From positions 200 through 64,199 of the forward strand of contig CALBXO010000841.1 in assembly GCA_937890335.1 (NCBI GenBank): a stretch of 64,000 nt of DNA, written 5' to 3'. Source of the DNA: an uncultured Pseudomonadota bacterium. Its GTDB lineage: Bacteria; Myxococcota_A; Bradymonadia; Bradymonadales; GCA-2716585. The notes under the pieces are model-generated. The model did not search any database, was not told the DNA's origin, and was given only the letters and a program-made list of their open reading frames with translations. Of the stretch, positions 45,593-56,745 are shown piece after piece (positions within the stretch are counted from its first letter, which is position 1; each line of letters opens with the position of its first letter). Made by a program: the position numbers and the translations under genes.

Positions 45593-45776
45593 CGGCAATT
45601 TTTTCAGGTGGAGCCGCAAACCTACGCCGCCCGCCCCCCGTGGTCAACGGATTCCCAGCCTGCCTCGGCCGTCCGACATCCAGTGTCGCACGCGCCCATC
45701 ACGAGCGTCGGGACCGGGAGCCCGACCTGTGTTCGTGGGGCGGGAGGCGGGCCGGCCTTTGAGACGCCCTTAACGA

Positions 45777-46997
45777 TCAGACCTTGCCGAACAACAGTGA
45801 TGTGTTGATGCCGCCGAACGCGAAGTTGTTGCTGGCGACGACGCTCAGCTTGATGTCGCGGGGCTCGCCAACCACGTAGTCCAGAGCTGCGCAGTCCGGA
45901 TCGGCCGTGTCCAGGTTGCGGGTCGGGGGCACGAATCCGTCGCGAAGCATCGCGAGGCAAAAGATGGATTCAACTGCGCCGCAGGCGCCCAGCGTATGGG
46001 CCGTGTGCCCTTTGGTGGAGCTGATTGGCACGTCCCCGCCGTACACGGACTGTGTCGCCAGGGACTCGCAGATGTCCCCGACTTTCGTAGCGGTCGCGTG
46101 CGCGTTGATGTACTGCACCGATGAGGCGTCGAGTCTGGCGTCCTCGAGTGCCAGGCGCATTGCAGCTGACATCCCATCCACGGATGGGGACGTGATGTGT
46201 TGGCCGTCGCAGCTCGTGCCGTAGCCCAGAACTTCGGCGTGAATGTGGGCGCCCCGCGCGCGGGCACGTTCGTAACTCTCGAGAATAAGAGTACCGGCGC
46301 CCTCACCCACCACCAGTCCATCGCGGTCGGCGTCAAAAGGCCGAGGGGAGCGCTCGGGGGCATCGTTGAACGAGGTCGAGGTAGCGTAGAGGAGATCGAA
46401 GACGCCGGAGTGCGTAAAGTGAAGCTCCTCGGCGCCCCCGCAGACCATGATATCCTGCTGGCCAAACTTGATGGCCTCGTATCCGTAGCCGATGCCCTGG
46501 CTGCCGCTCGTACAGGCAGAGCAGGTCGTGTGAATCCTCCCGCGAATCCCATAGAAGATGGCGAGATTGGCCGCGCAGGTGTGGCTCATGAACTTGATGT
46601 ACGTGCTCGGCGTGAGACCCGCCAGGCTGTTGCTCTCGAACAGTTGCCGGCAGAACGCCTCAAGCGACGACGAGGACCCGTGGGTGGATCCATATGAGAC
46701 TCCGGTTCGTCCGCTGGTCAGGTCGTCCGAGGTCAGACCGGCGTCCGCGACGGCCTGCTCGGTCGCGTGGAGACTCAAAAGGGCGACCCGGCCCATGCCG
46801 CGCACCTTCTTGCGCGCAAAGCTCAGCTCGAGTCCGTCGACCGGTGCCGCGAGGCGAGTCGACAGGTTCCCAATCCGGTCCCAGTCCTCCATGTACCGAA
46901 CACCGTGCTGGCCGGACTGCAGGGCCGCCGAGACCTCGTCCAGGTGATTGCCGATGGGCGAGCTGATACCGATCCCGGTGACGACGACTCGATTCAC
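45777..46997 (-). CDS. Beta-ketoacyl-ACP synthase (FabF/FabB-like), copy 2
   Basis: Identical to 20948..22168. Confidence 0.9.
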   Translation of the reverse strand: MNRVVVTGIGISSPIGNHLDEVSAALQSGQHGVRYMEDWDRIGNLSTRLAAPVDGLELSFARKKVRGMGRVALLSLHATEQAVADAGLTSDDLTSGRTGVSYGSTHGSSSSLEAFCRQLFESNSLAGLTPSTYIKFMSHTCAANLAIFYGIRGRIHTTCSACTSGSQGIGYGYEAIKFGQQDIMVCGGAEELHFTHSGVFDLLYATSTSFNDAPERSPRPFDADRDGLVVGEGAGTLILESYERARARGAHIHAEVLGYGTSCDGQHITSPSVDGMSAAMRLALEDARLDASSVQYINAHATATKVGDICESLATQSVYGGDVPISSTKGHTAHTLGACGAVESIFCLAMLRDGFVPPTRNLDTADPDCAALDYVVGEPRDIKLSVVASNNFAFGGINTSLLFGKV

Positions 46998-47716
46998 GAC
47001 AGTCCTCCATCAATGCTGATAACCTGCCCCGTGATGTACCCCGCTTCGGGGCGACACAGAAATGCGATCAAGTCAGCGACCTCCGAGGGTTGGCCCAGGC
47101 GCCGCATGGGGATCATCTTGAGAATGGTATCGACAGGGGCACCCTCGATCATGTCGGTCTCGATGAGGCCCGGAGCGACGGCGTTGACCGTCACGCCCCG
47201 CTTGGCCACTTCCAAGGCCAGCGCCCGTGTCGCGCCGAGGATCCCCGCCTTGGCGGCTGCGTAGTTGACCTGGCCGCGGTTGCCCCGAAGCGCAGAGACG
47301 CTCGACAGGTTCACGATCCTGCCGTGCCGCCGCCGCACCATGGGCATCACGAGCGGCTGGGTCACGTTGTAGAAACCGCCCAGCGTGGTTCTCAGAACAT
47401 CGTCCCACTGCTCGGGCTCCATCGCCGGAAACGGCATATCTCGGACCACGCCCGCGTTGTTGACTACGATGTTGATGTGGAGATCTTCCTCGAGGAGCGC
47501 GTCCACGGCGGCGCCGGCCGCAGCGCGGTCTCCCACGTCAAACTCGAGCAGCCGCACCTCAACTGCGCACGCCTCTTTGATCTGGGCCTGGACGGCTTCG
47601 GCCATCGCCCGGTTGGTGCGGTAGTTGAGCAGGATGGAATGGCCGTCCGCCGCCAGGCGCCGTGCCACAGCCGCACCAATCCCGCGGCTCGCTCCGGTTA
47701 CGAGGGCCCAGCTCAT
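46994..47716 (-). CDS. 3-oxoacyl-ACP reductase (FabG-like), copy 2
   Basis: Identical to 22165..22887. Confidence 0.9.
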   Translation of the reverse strand: MSWALVTGASRGIGAAVARRLAADGHSILLNYRTNRAMAEAVQAQIKEACAVEVRLLEFDVGDRAAAGAAVDALLEEDLHINIVVNNAGVVRDMPFPAMEPEQWDDVLRTTLGGFYNVTQPLVMPMVRRRHGRIVNLSSVSALRGNRGQVNYAAAKAGILGATRALALEVAKRGVTVNAVAPGLIETDMIEGAPVDTILKMIPMRRLGQPSEVADLIAFLCRPEAGYITGQVISIDGGLS

Positions 47717-48159
47717 CGAGTCCTGGCTAGTTTCCATACCTCTCCCATGACCACGTTGAGGCGAGCCGTTGCGACCAGCTCGGTCCCCACATGCGCGGTG
47801 GTCTCGAACACGGCCAGCGCATCGTCCCCACCCCACACGAGCGTGGCCTCTTGTACGACACGCTCGCCAACAGCCAGCCACTGGCGGTGCAGCGTCATTC
47901 GACGGCACCCAAGCAAAAGCCCCGGCTGGACCGGGCTTCCCACACTCTGACACTTGAGCCCCGCAAACACCCCGACGCACTGAGCCATGTACTCGATGCT
48001 GACCAGCGCAGGCACACCTTCCGGCTCCAGGAACAGCGACTCCTCCCGAATCGTCGTCGCCGCCACAGCCCGCACACCATCGAAGTCCACGACCTCGTCC
48101 AACAGGACCATGGGATGGTCGTGCGGAAGGAGGTCTGCGGGGGACGGATACTGGCTCAT
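47713..48159 (-). CDS. Hot-dog dehydratase, copy 2
   Basis: Identical to 22884..23330. Confidence 0.8.
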   Translation of the reverse strand: MSQYPSPADLLPHDHPMVLLDEVVDFDGVRAVAATTIREESLFLEPEGVPALVSIEYMAQCVGVFAGLKCQSVGSPVQPGLLLGCRRMTLHRQWLAVGERVVQEATLVWGGDDALAVFETTAHVGTELVATARLNVVMGEVWKLARTR

Positions 48160-48812
48160 GACGCGACTCCGACCACGCCAAACCAATCCGCCCCGAGCCG
48201 CACAGTCCCGTTTCCCTCGTCGACAGCGCGCAGCAGCTCCAACGTGGCCTGCGCCGGCACAACTTCACCTCCACCGGCCGCGCCAAACCTTCGCACGAGC
48301 TCGAGTGTGGGTCCCCCGGACCCCTGGGCCTCCAAACGCAGGGCCACCGCGCCAGACCGATGGTCGCTCGCGTACAGACCCGCGGGCCAATCCAACTCCG
48401 CGAGGATAACACCGACGACCGGAGCGCCACCATGGAGGAGTCCGAGCGCCTCGAGCAGAGTCATCGCCAGCGTATCAGCGCCGGCAGCGATCGCTGTGGT
48501 GTTGGCCGTGTTCCCGCATGCGATGGCCAGCGTACTCACCGCGGCGTTGTGAACGCTCGTCTGGAACCGCAGCGGCGACAGCTCGCCGTCCGCGTCACCC
48601 ATCATGTCGAGCAGTGTCACCGTTGTGTCGATTTCGCCGAGGACGGAGCCGAAGACGAGGGGGAGCGGTCGGAGGATCATTTCTCCACAGGCCTTTTCGA
48701 GTGCCGCGCCAGCCATCCGGGCAATCGACGTGGCACGTCGATAGTGTCTCTGGGGAATGAGGCTCCATGTCGGATCGCTGACGGCGCACTGACCCGTCCC
48801 AGTGACGATCAC
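48156..48812 (-). CDS. Short KS-like (CLF-type) subunit, copy 2
   Basis: Identical to 23327..23983. Confidence 0.6.
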   Translation of the reverse strand: MIVTGTGQCAVSDPTWSLIPQRHYRRATSIARMAGAALEKACGEMILRPLPLVFGSVLGEIDTTVTLLDMMGDADGELSPLRFQTSVHNAAVSTLAIACGNTANTTAIAAGADTLAMTLLEALGLLHGGAPVVGVILAELDWPAGLYASDHRSGAVALRLEAQGSGGPTLELVRRFGAAGGGEVVPAQATLELLRAVDEGNGTVRLGADWFGVVGVAS

Positions 48813-49966
48813 GCCGGCACCTCGAGCACAACGGCGGCATTGCTCCCGCCAAATCCAAAGCTGTTGCTGAGGGCAAGACGGCCGGCCACTCGCTGCGCCG
48901 ATTCGGACACTGGAATCCCAAGCAGCTCGTCCAATGGCTCCGCGCCGAGCGTCCCAGGTATCTGCTGCGCTTCGAGGCATAGGATCGTGAACACGGCCTC
49001 GGTAGCGCCCGCCGCGCCGAGCTGGTGCCCCGTTAATGGCTTGGTGGAGACCACGGGCGGCACCTGGCCGAACACCCGCCGCAACGCGAGCGCCTCCGAA
49101 GCGTCGTTGTGGAGAGTTCCGGTCCCGTGGGCGTTGATGAACGCGATGTCACATGCCTCTACTTCGGCCTCGATGAGCGCGCGGGAGATGGCCGAGGACG
49201 CGCCCTCAGCCTCGGGGTGCGGGGCCGTCATATGGTATGCATCGGTGGTCTCGCCCACGCCGCGCACGGTGGCCCTGGCGACGCCGCTGCGCTCCATCAA
49301 CAGCCAGGCTCCACCCTCGCCGAGATTGATGCCATCGCGCCCGGCAGAGAACGGGCGGCAGCGGTGCGCGGAGAGGATTTTCAGGGACGCGAAACCGCGC
49401 AGCGTGAAGTCGCACAGAGAATCGACACCACCCACGAGGCAGGCATCTGCGAAGCCCAGGTCGAGCATTCGCGCCGCGGAAGCCAGCGCCTTCGCGCTCG
49501 ACGTACACGCGGTTGAGACAACATAGCGCGGCCCAGACAGTCCGGTCTGCAGCGCAATCAGCTCCGGGACTACGTGGAACGGATGGCGGTGGGCCAGACC
49601 CCGCGCCGCGGGGATGTGGCCCTCGTGCTCGGCGTACAGTCTCTCAAGGGTGTCCATCCCACCGGTCGTCGTGCCCAGCACGAGCCCGACGCGCTCGGCG
49701 CCCCATCGATCGATCGCCACGTGGAGGCCGTCCAGAAGGTCTGACATCGAGGCGAGCGCCAACCGGGCCTGCCGCGCGTCATAGATGGCCATCGAATGAG
49801 GCAATTCCGGCAGCTTCCCTACGCGACCGACCCAGCTCGTCTGCGTTCCCACAGCCTCTTTGCGCAGGCCCGACCGCCCCGCAAGCAGCGCGTCACGCAC
49901 CTCGTCGGTGTCGGAGCCAAGAGCATTGGCCACTGAGATGTGAGTGATGGGAAATCGACCGATCAT
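48809..49966 (-). CDS. Beta-ketoacyl-ACP synthase (KS), copy 2
   Basis: Identical to 23980..25137. Confidence 0.85.
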   Translation of the reverse strand: MIGRFPITHISVANALGSDTDEVRDALLAGRSGLRKEAVGTQTSWVGRVGKLPELPHSMAIYDARQARLALASMSDLLDGLHVAIDRWGAERVGLVLGTTTGGMDTLERLYAEHEGHIPAARGLAHRHPFHVVPELIALQTGLSGPRYVVSTACTSSAKALASAARMLDLGFADACLVGGVDSLCDFTLRGFASLKILSAHRCRPFSAGRDGINLGEGGAWLLMERSGVARATVRGVGETTDAYHMTAPHPEAEGASSAISRALIEAEVEACDIAFINAHGTGTLHNDASEALALRRVFGQVPPVVSTKPLTGHQLGAAGATEAVFTILCLEAQQIPGTLGAEPLDELLGIPVSESAQRVAGRLALSNSFGFGGSNAAVVLEVPA

Positions 49967-50029
49967 CTTTCCCTCTGCTCTACCATAGAGGCCACAGCAC
50001 GGCAACGGCGACCAGGTCCTCCGTGTATC

Positions 50030-51265
50030 TCAGGGATCCTGAAACTGGGCCTTGAGCCGCATGGCCTGCGCCGCCTTGCGCTCCAAGCGCTGGCGCGGCC
50101 TGACGACGAATGGATTGGCGTCGTCCCACACGTAGCCCGCAAGAATCGATGTGATCTGGCTTGTCATCTGCGGGCTGCGAAAATCAGCGTGGATCAGCTC
50201 TGGCAGGGTGCCGGCGTACCACCCATCGACAAACGTGCCAAACACCGCGACGCCTCGACGCAGCCAGGCGTCGTAGTCGCCATCCCAATCCACCTTGTCC
50301 CCCGCCAGGTTCCGGACCACGAGCTCGGCGGCCCGGTGCGCCGACGCCACCGCCAGCGTCACGCCGGAGGAGAAGATGGGATCGAGGAAACCCGCGGAGT
50401 TCCCCACGAGCGCGTAGCCCGGGCCAAAGGTCCGCGTCACCGCCGACCCAAACCCCGAGACGGAGCGCGGCGGCATCGCGAACGGACGGCCACCGACGCG
50501 TTCCACCAACTTTGGCGAGCTCGCCAACAGCCTGGCGAACGCAGTGGCGGGGTCGCCCGCGACCTCTTCCTGCGGACCCACGAATCCCACTGAGGTTTTG
50601 CCACGCAGAGGAATGACCCACGCCCAGACTCGCTCAAGACTCACGATCCAGATGCGGCCGTCGTCGCGACCGTCCAGGCCGTCACCTTCTACGTGGGCAA
50701 AGACGCTGCCGCGCCGGGGGCCGGTGCTGGGCACGCAGAGATCCAGCAAGCGCGGCAGGACGCGGGCGGGACCGGTGGCATCAATGACGAACCGCGCTTC
50801 CATCACACGCTGACCCAATGCGGAGTCACACGTCAGCCGCGGCCGTACACCGGGCTCGAAACCCGTGACAGTCCACCCGAAACGGAGATCTGCCCCTGCG
50901 GCAGCCGCAGCGTCAGACATCGCGGTGTCAAAGTCGGCACGCTCGACCTGCCACGTCCACCCCCAACTCGCAGCGGACGCGTGCTCGAACGAAATCACCG
51001 CGCGGCTGTCCCCACGCAAGAAGGTGGCGCCCGGCTTGCGCACATAGCCGCGTGCGCCGAGGGCCTCCACCATCCCCACCCGGTCCAGATAGTCCATGCA
51101 TTGGGGCAGAAGGCTCTCGCCCAGCGCGAAGCGCGGAAACTGGGCGCGCTCCAGGACACAGACCTCGACCCCAGCCTTGCGCAAGGTAAGCGCGGCCATC
51201 GACCCGGCCGGGCCTGCGCCGACGACGACCACGTCGATTCGTTCGTTGCGCTCCTCGACTGTCAC
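50030..51265 (-). CDS. FAD-dependent halogenase-type oxidoreductase, copy 2
   Basis: Identical to 25201..26436. Confidence 0.75.
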   Translation of the reverse strand: MTVEERNERIDVVVVGAGPAGSMAALTLRKAGVEVCVLERAQFPRFALGESLLPQCMDYLDRVGMVEALGARGYVRKPGATFLRGDSRAVISFEHASAASWGWTWQVERADFDTAMSDAAAAAGADLRFGWTVTGFEPGVRPRLTCDSALGQRVMEARFVIDATGPARVLPRLLDLCVPSTGPRRGSVFAHVEGDGLDGRDDGRIWIVSLERVWAWVIPLRGKTSVGFVGPQEEVAGDPATAFARLLASSPKLVERVGGRPFAMPPRSVSGFGSAVTRTFGPGYALVGNSAGFLDPIFSSGVTLAVASAHRAAELVVRNLAGDKVDWDGDYDAWLRRGVAVFGTFVDGWYAGTLPELIHADFRSPQMTSQITSILAGYVWDDANPFVVRPRQRLERKAAQAMRLKAQFQDP

Positions 51266-51852
51266 GGCCCGGAGTTCTCCAATGTCTGGAAAGTCAGCGC
51301 TACGACGTCGAGGATGTAGCCGCGACCCCCGTGGGTCAAACGAGAGTGGCGCGGAGGCGCGCCGGCCCGTGCACCCCCCTCGAACTCGACGACGACTCCG
51401 TCCTCGAACTCGCGACGCATGACGCGACCGTCGCTCCACAATTCCTCGACCCACATGGAGTGCGACCGGAACCGGTGCAAGCCATCGGGTTGCACCATGT
51501 GCGGATCTCCAGTGAGCAGCAACCGATGCACGTCCTGAAGAAGGAAGGCCGGCGGGAAGGGCCAGCGCTGGTCACCCAGGTACATCTGCGCGTCGATCGC
51601 CGTCCCGGTCTGGACCACGGAGAACACGCGCACGCCCTGGGGCCCGAGCCCAATCACCGTGAGACGATCGCCCACCTTCTCTACGACGCAGTCGACGGCG
51701 AGCGCGCGACCGTCGTAGTCACCCGAGAGCGACTGCCGCGTCGAGAAGTCCAGTGGGTACTGCGCCGGCGCCGCGAGCGCCGGGGCCTGCACCGCCGGCG
51801 GAACCGTGGCGCAGCTTGCGACCAGCAGCAACAGCGCAACGCACGCTTTCAT
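51262..51852 (-). CDS. Small lipoprotein, copy 2
   Basis: Identical to 26433..27023. Confidence 0.6.
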   Translation of the reverse strand: MKACVALLLLVASCATVPPAVQAPALAAPAQYPLDFSTRQSLSGDYDGRALAVDCVVEKVGDRLTVIGLGPQGVRVFSVVQTGTAIDAQMYLGDQRWPFPPAFLLQDVHRLLLTGDPHMVQPDGLHRFRSHSMWVEELWSDGRVMRREFEDGVVVEFEGGARAGAPPRHSRLTHGGRGYILDVVALTFQTLENSGP

Positions 51853-51892
51853 GTGGCCCTCCGCAACAGGGGGAGAATCTGTACACATTCTC

Positions 51893-54235
51893 TCATGGGG
51901 CGTTCTCGGGGTCAGCCTGGTGAACGAGCAGCCAGGCAGACGGCGCGACGAGCACGGAAACCGTGACACCGATACCCACCGTGAGCCCGATGGCCTGCAG
52001 CGCCGGCGCCTGCGACATGCCCAGCAGACCAAAGCCAAGCACTGTGGTCACGCAGGCCATCGCCATGCTCACGAGCGCCGCGACGACGCTGTCCGTCTCC
52101 CCGGTCGACTCGGCGAGAAACACCCCGTAGTCGACGCCGATACTGAGCACGAGGAGGAGACTGATCAGGTGCAGAATGTTCATCTGTACGCCAAACATCC
52201 CCAGCAGCGCCGCCGTCGTCGCTGCCGCGAGCACCGCGGGCGCAAACGCGGCCAGGACGCGCCGCGGCTTGCGCAAACGCACCGTCAGGACGAGCAGGAT
52301 CGCCACAAGTCCCAACGGGACCATATGGGTCGCGCGGGAGCGAAAGCGGCCGTAGAGGTCCGCCATGAACGTGCGTTGGTCGAACAGGAGCCCGCCCTCC
52401 TCCTCGACCCGCGCCTCGACAGCAGCGGAGTCCTTCACACCGCGCAGGAACGTGAGCGCCGCTGTGCGCTCTCCCTCTCCATCACCGGGCAGCGGTACCA
52501 GGAACGGCGACAGGAGCGGCGCGAGGGGACCGTCCTGAAGCTCAGACAACAGCAACGGCTCGGCGGGCTCCAGGAACCCTGCAAAGAGGGCGGGCTTGAA
52601 CGCGTCGGCCTCCAGGGCCGCAAGTGTCCTCCGAGAGAGGTCCCCGGCCGCAAAGAACTTTTCGCCATTGCGCCGCTGCAAATCGGGGCCGAAGACCACA
52701 CGGTGGAGCGACGAAAACCCCTCCAACTCTCCCGACTTCACGGCATCGCCCAACACCCTGGCCACCCGATCATTCCCGTCTAGCACACTGTCAGTCGGCC
52801 CGGAGACTACAACCAGTCGCCCGGCGTCCACACGCGCCACACGCGCCCGCACTCTGGCGTCCTGGGCCTGAAGCTCCGGGTCCAACCGAGTCAGAACCGA
52901 GGGGTCGTCCACCCAATCGACCTGCGGCAGACCCACCGCGCACAGGAGCGCACACATGACGGGAACCACCGTGTGGGGCCAGCGTCGCCGCCGGCGTACA
53001 AGTCCGGCGGCCATCCTTGCGATGGCGGTGTGCAGGCGACCCACGCGAGGCGCGTCGGGCAGCATGACCGGGAGGACGAGCAGGGTCGTTGCGACCGCCG
53101 CCACCACGCCGGAGATCGCAAAGACCGCGACCTCCACCAGGCCGGGAAACCCTGTGCCAGCAAGCGCCGCAAACCCCAATACAGTGGTCAACGAGCCGAT
53201 CAGGATGGCGCCACCCACCGCCCGCGCCGATCCCCGCTGCCCCACAAGCCAATGATGGTTGAACAGGTGCACCGGGTAGTCGATGGTCACGCCGATGAGC
53301 GTCGCACCGAAAGCCAGCGTCAATCCGTGGAGCGTATCGAACACCACGAGGTTGACGAACAACCCCGTGAGCAAGCCGGTGGCGATGGGAAGGTGTGCGA
53401 GCAGCCATGGGCGCGGCGTGACGAACACCCCGAGGAACAGGAGCGCCACCGCCACAATCGACATGGCGCTGATGCGGGTGATGTCCGCCTGGATGCTCCT
53501 TTGGGCCTCCACCGCGAACATCTGCACGCTGCTCTGTTCCAGGCGTGTCCCGTCGGAGCGCAGCTGCTTCACCAGCCTACCCACGAGGTCTTGGATTGGC
53601 TTCTGGGCGGACGACTCGAACGCGGACGACCGGGTCGTCGCGAAGACCACGGCGCAGCAGCCGTCCCGAGAGACGAAGCGGCCGTTCTTGACGGCGAGCC
53701 CGCCCTGTTGCCCTGCCCGAAACCGCTCGATGGCGTCGAGCCATGTCAGCAGCGGATCGCGGGTCGCGAATGTGCGCACCAACGGGCCGGCGGGCCCCCC
53801 CAGCTCGCGCTTGAGGCGGGCCGCAGCCGCTCGGAGCCCCGCGTCGTCCAGCCGCCCGTCAAGTCCCTCGGGATCGTCGGTAGCCAGCAGGTACCGCCGC
53901 GGGAAGAAGAGTTTGTAGAAGGCGCCCTCCATCTCGGGACTCGGCCCCGTAGACACCCAGGCGACCTCGGGCTGCTCGGCAAGCTCGGCGCGGAGCGTGT
54001 CGGCGCGGTCCAGCGCCGTGGCCAGGTCGGGGCCCTCCAGCGTGAGTATCATCGTCCGAGAAACAGGGGCGCGTGTGAGCGCACGGGAGAGAGCGCCCAG
54101 CTCCGGGTCGTCGGGCTCGGGCAGGAAGTGGGTAATCTGGGTGGTTACGTCGAACGTTAGCGCCACGCCGATGAGCATTCCGACGACCGCCACACCCCAC
54201 ACCACGACACCCATCCAACGGCGAGGGCCGTTCAT
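51893..54235 (-). CDS. MMPL/RND-superfamily exporter, copy 2
   Basis: Identical to 27064..29406. Confidence 0.8.
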   Translation of the reverse strand: MNGPRRWMGVVVWGVAVVGMLIGVALTFDVTTQITHFLPEPDDPELGALSRALTRAPVSRTMILTLEGPDLATALDRADTLRAELAEQPEVAWVSTGPSPEMEGAFYKLFFPRRYLLATDDPEGLDGRLDDAGLRAAAARLKRELGGPAGPLVRTFATRDPLLTWLDAIERFRAGQQGGLAVKNGRFVSRDGCCAVVFATTRSSAFESSAQKPIQDLVGRLVKQLRSDGTRLEQSSVQMFAVEAQRSIQADITRISAMSIVAVALLFLGVFVTPRPWLLAHLPIATGLLTGLFVNLVVFDTLHGLTLAFGATLIGVTIDYPVHLFNHHWLVGQRGSARAVGGAILIGSLTTVLGFAALAGTGFPGLVEVAVFAISGVVAAVATTLLVLPVMLPDAPRVGRLHTAIARMAAGLVRRRRRWPHTVVPVMCALLCAVGLPQVDWVDDPSVLTRLDPELQAQDARVRARVARVDAGRLVVVSGPTDSVLDGNDRVARVLGDAVKSGELEGFSSLHRVVFGPDLQRRNGEKFFAAGDLSRRTLAALEADAFKPALFAGFLEPAEPLLLSELQDGPLAPLLSPFLVPLPGDGEGERTAALTFLRGVKDSAAVEARVEEEGGLLFDQRTFMADLYGRFRSRATHMVPLGLVAILLVLTVRLRKPRRVLAAFAPAVLAAATTAALLGMFGVQMNILHLISLLLVLSIGVDYGVFLAESTGETDSVVAALVSMAMACVTTVLGFGLLGMSQAPALQAIGLTVGIGVTVSVLVAPSAWLLVHQADPENAP

Positions 54236-54867
54236 GGCCCTCCGATGCGGAACACGCGCTCGATCTCGGTAGGCGAGTACCTCCGGTCCGTCCGGACGCC
54301 GACAAAGACCATCTCCCGGCGGTCTCCGCTGGCTTCGAACAGGGTCATCGCGGACACATTCAGGCCGCGCCCCTTGAACGTCATGCGCTCAATCACCTTC
54401 GTCAACGTGGGCGACCGCGGTGTCAGCGTCAGCGTCCACTCGTCGTCCATCGCCACGCTGAACTCCACGCGGTACGCCTTCTCCAGCGAAGGCCGGTCGC
54501 CGGCCAGGATGTGGAGCAGGCTGCCTGTGAGCTCCGCGGCCACGGGATGGGCCGCCAGATCCACTTCGCGGCGTCCGTGTGCGTCGCCCACCGTCAGCGT
54601 GGACGCGTCGAGCACAAACGAGCTGCGCGCAGGCTTCAGGGTGTGGCGCGCGAGCCTGGACGGCGGCGCAAAGTGCACGGTGCCCTCGTGCGTCAGGGGC
54701 TGAGTGAGCAGAGCGATGTGCTGCACCTCCCGGAAGTCCGCCGATAGCCCGGGCATCTGCGCGAACTTCGTGAGCAGCCCGTCAAGATCATCTTGCGCCT
54801 GGGCAGTGTGGGGGATGACCAGGAGCAGCGCGACAATCACCGCTTCAACGACCCTGGAGTAGCGCAT
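54232..54867 (-). CDS. LolA-like carrier protein, copy 2
   Basis: Identical to 29403..30038. Confidence 0.7.
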   Translation of the reverse strand: MRYSRVVEAVIVALLLVIPHTAQAQDDLDGLLTKFAQMPGLSADFREVQHIALLTQPLTHEGTVHFAPPSRLARHTLKPARSSFVLDASTLTVGDAHGRREVDLAAHPVAAELTGSLLHILAGDRPSLEKAYRVEFSVAMDDEWTLTLTPRSPTLTKVIERMTFKGRGLNVSAMTLFEASGDRREMVFVGVRTDRRYSPTEIERVFRIGGP

Positions 54868-55282
54868 CGGGTGTCTGTGGGAGGAGGTTTCCCTCGGCAT
54901 CGGTCGTCACCAGTGTCGTGTGCGCGCGCGCTGCTCGGCGGCCTTCAGTTACGTTGGTCACGTCGTACGCCACGACGATCCTGGGCGTCAGTTCCCGAAA
55001 CCAGGCCTTCACCTGGACCCGGTCACCGTAGCGCAAAGGGTGTACATGGCGACACCTGGTTTCTGTCACCACCATGCGGCACCCGATGGCCAGCACATCC
55101 TCCACGTCCATCCCGTTTTTTCGCGCGAGCGCAGTACGGGCGATCTCCAAGTATTTGTAGTAGTGCCCGTGCCACACGATCCAGCCGGCGTCCACATCGT
55201 GGAATGGGACCTCAATCTCCACGGTCACAGACTCTCTCTGCTTCAATCGTCGCCCCCCAACGCCAGCTCGCCACGTCGCCAC
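54845..55282 (-). CDS. 4HBT-type thioesterase, copy 2
   Basis: Identical to 30016..30453. Confidence 0.75.
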   Translation of the reverse strand: MATWRAGVGGRRLKQRESVTVEIEVPFHDVDAGWIVWHGHYYKYLEIARTALARKNGMDVEDVLAIGCRMVVTETRCRHVHPLRYGDRVQVKAWFRELTPRIVVAYDVTNVTEGRRAARAHTTLVTTDAEGNLLPQTPDALLQGR

Positions 55283-56745
55283 GCGCCGAGTAGCTCCGCG
55301 ATGTCCAGGTCCTGTCTGCGATCCTCCTTGACCGGCGCCACGCGCAGACGCACCTCCGCATGGACCGCCATTGTCGCGGGACGCAGTGCATCCTCGCCCC
55401 GCAGGTCGACCGCCTGGCAGGCCGCCAGAAGATTCATGATGGCCACGGTCTCCGAGAGCTCCAGGACGCGCTGGGCATCACGGGCTGCGATGGTCCCCAT
55501 GGAGACTTTGTCCTGGTTGTGACACTCGGTGCTCCGGCTGAACGACGCGGCGGGCATGGTCAACTTCAGCGCCTCCGCGGTCAGCGCCGACGTGGCGATG
55601 GAGACCGCCTTGAACCCATGCCCCACCGAGCCGCCGGGCCAGGCCAGACTCGGGGTCAACGCGTTGTTGTACGCCGGGTTGCACAGGTGCTGGACCTGCC
55701 TGTCGAGCAAATCCGCGATGCTCGCCACTGCAGCCTTCAGCGCGTCCATCGCGAAAGCGATGTGGCCGCCATAGAAATTCCCGCCGTGTAGAACGTCACC
55801 CGTCGCCGGGTCAAAGATGGGATTGTCGTTGACACTGTTGATCTCCGTCTCCACGAAGGTCTCCAGCATCGGCAGCGCGTCGACGAGGACGCCAATCACG
55901 TGGGGCGCGCAGCGCAGGGAGTACCGATCCTGGATGCGCGGGGCGGGCCGGTCGGGGCCACCAACAAGCGCATCCCGTATCCACCCGGCGGCGCGCGCCT
56001 GCCCAGGGTGGGGCTTGGCCTCAAAGATGCGCGCATCGAAATGGGAGGCGTTGCCGTCCAGTACGTCCACGACCATGGCGGAGACGGTTGCTGCGGCCCG
56101 CGCCAATTTGCGCGCGCGAGAGCAGGCCAGCGCCGCAAGTCCCGTCATCACGCTCGTCCCGTTCATCAGCGCCAGGCTCTCCTTGGGCAGCAGGGCCAGC
56201 GGCTCGATCCCCAGGGCGTCGAACACGCGGGCTGTGGTGGTGAGCTCGCCCTCATAGAGGACCTCGCGCGACCCGCTCAGCACCGCCGCAATGTAGGACA
56301 GCGGCGTCAGATCTCCGCTGGCCCCCACAGAGCCCTCGCAGGGGATGCGCGGAAGGATCTGTGAGTTGACCAGCTGACACAATCGCTCGACCACTACGGG
56401 CCGCACCGCCGAATGTCCGCGGGACAACGACACCGCCCGCACCACCATCACCGCCGTGGTCTCCTCCGGGGTCAGACAGGCGCCGGTGCCGCATCCGTGG
56501 AACCGGACCAGGTTGCGGGCCAGCTCCAGCCGGCTGTCCGCCGACTCGACATCGCGCACGCAATCATCACCAAACCCAGTCGTGACACCGTAGACCGCGC
56601 GGCCCTCTGCGAGCTGTCGCTGAAGCGCCTCGTGGGAGCAGCGACACACCTCGGCGGCGTCTGGATGCAGAGCGATGTGTTGCCGTCCGTGTGCTGCATC
56701 CACCACGTCGTCGATTCCCAAGGGCTCGACCCCGATCATCAACAT
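55243..56745 (-). CDS. Aromatic amino acid ammonia-lyase (MIO enzyme), copy 2
   Basis: Identical to 30414..31916. Confidence 0.9.
   Translation of the reverse strand: MLMIGVEPLGIDDVVDAAHGRQHIALHPDAAEVCRCSHEALQRQLAEGRAVYGVTTGFGDDCVRDVESADSRLELARNLVRFHGCGTGACLTPEETTAVMVVRAVSLSRGHSAVRPVVVERLCQLVNSQILPRIPCEGSVGASGDLTPLSYIAAVLSGSREVLYEGELTTTARVFDALGIEPLALLPKESLALMNGTSVMTGLAALACSRARKLARAAATVSAMVVDVLDGNASHFDARIFEAKPHPGQARAAGWIRDALVGGPDRPAPRIQDRYSLRCAPHVIGVLVDALPMLETFVETEINSVNDNPIFDPATGDVLHGGNFYGGHIAFAMDALKAAVASIADLLDRQVQHLCNPAYNNALTPSLAWPGGSVGHGFKAVSIATSALTAEALKLTMPAASFSRSTECHNQDKVSMGTIAARDAQRVLELSETVAIMNLLAACQAVDLRGEDALRPATMAVHAEVRLRVAPVKEDRRQDLDIAELLGAWRRGELALGGDD

Noticed and set aside
38901-45619. 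Second recB/recC pair as diverged paralogues (for example an AddAB-like second system)
   Set aside because: The translations are identical residue for residue to the first pair. They are duplication copies, not paralogues.
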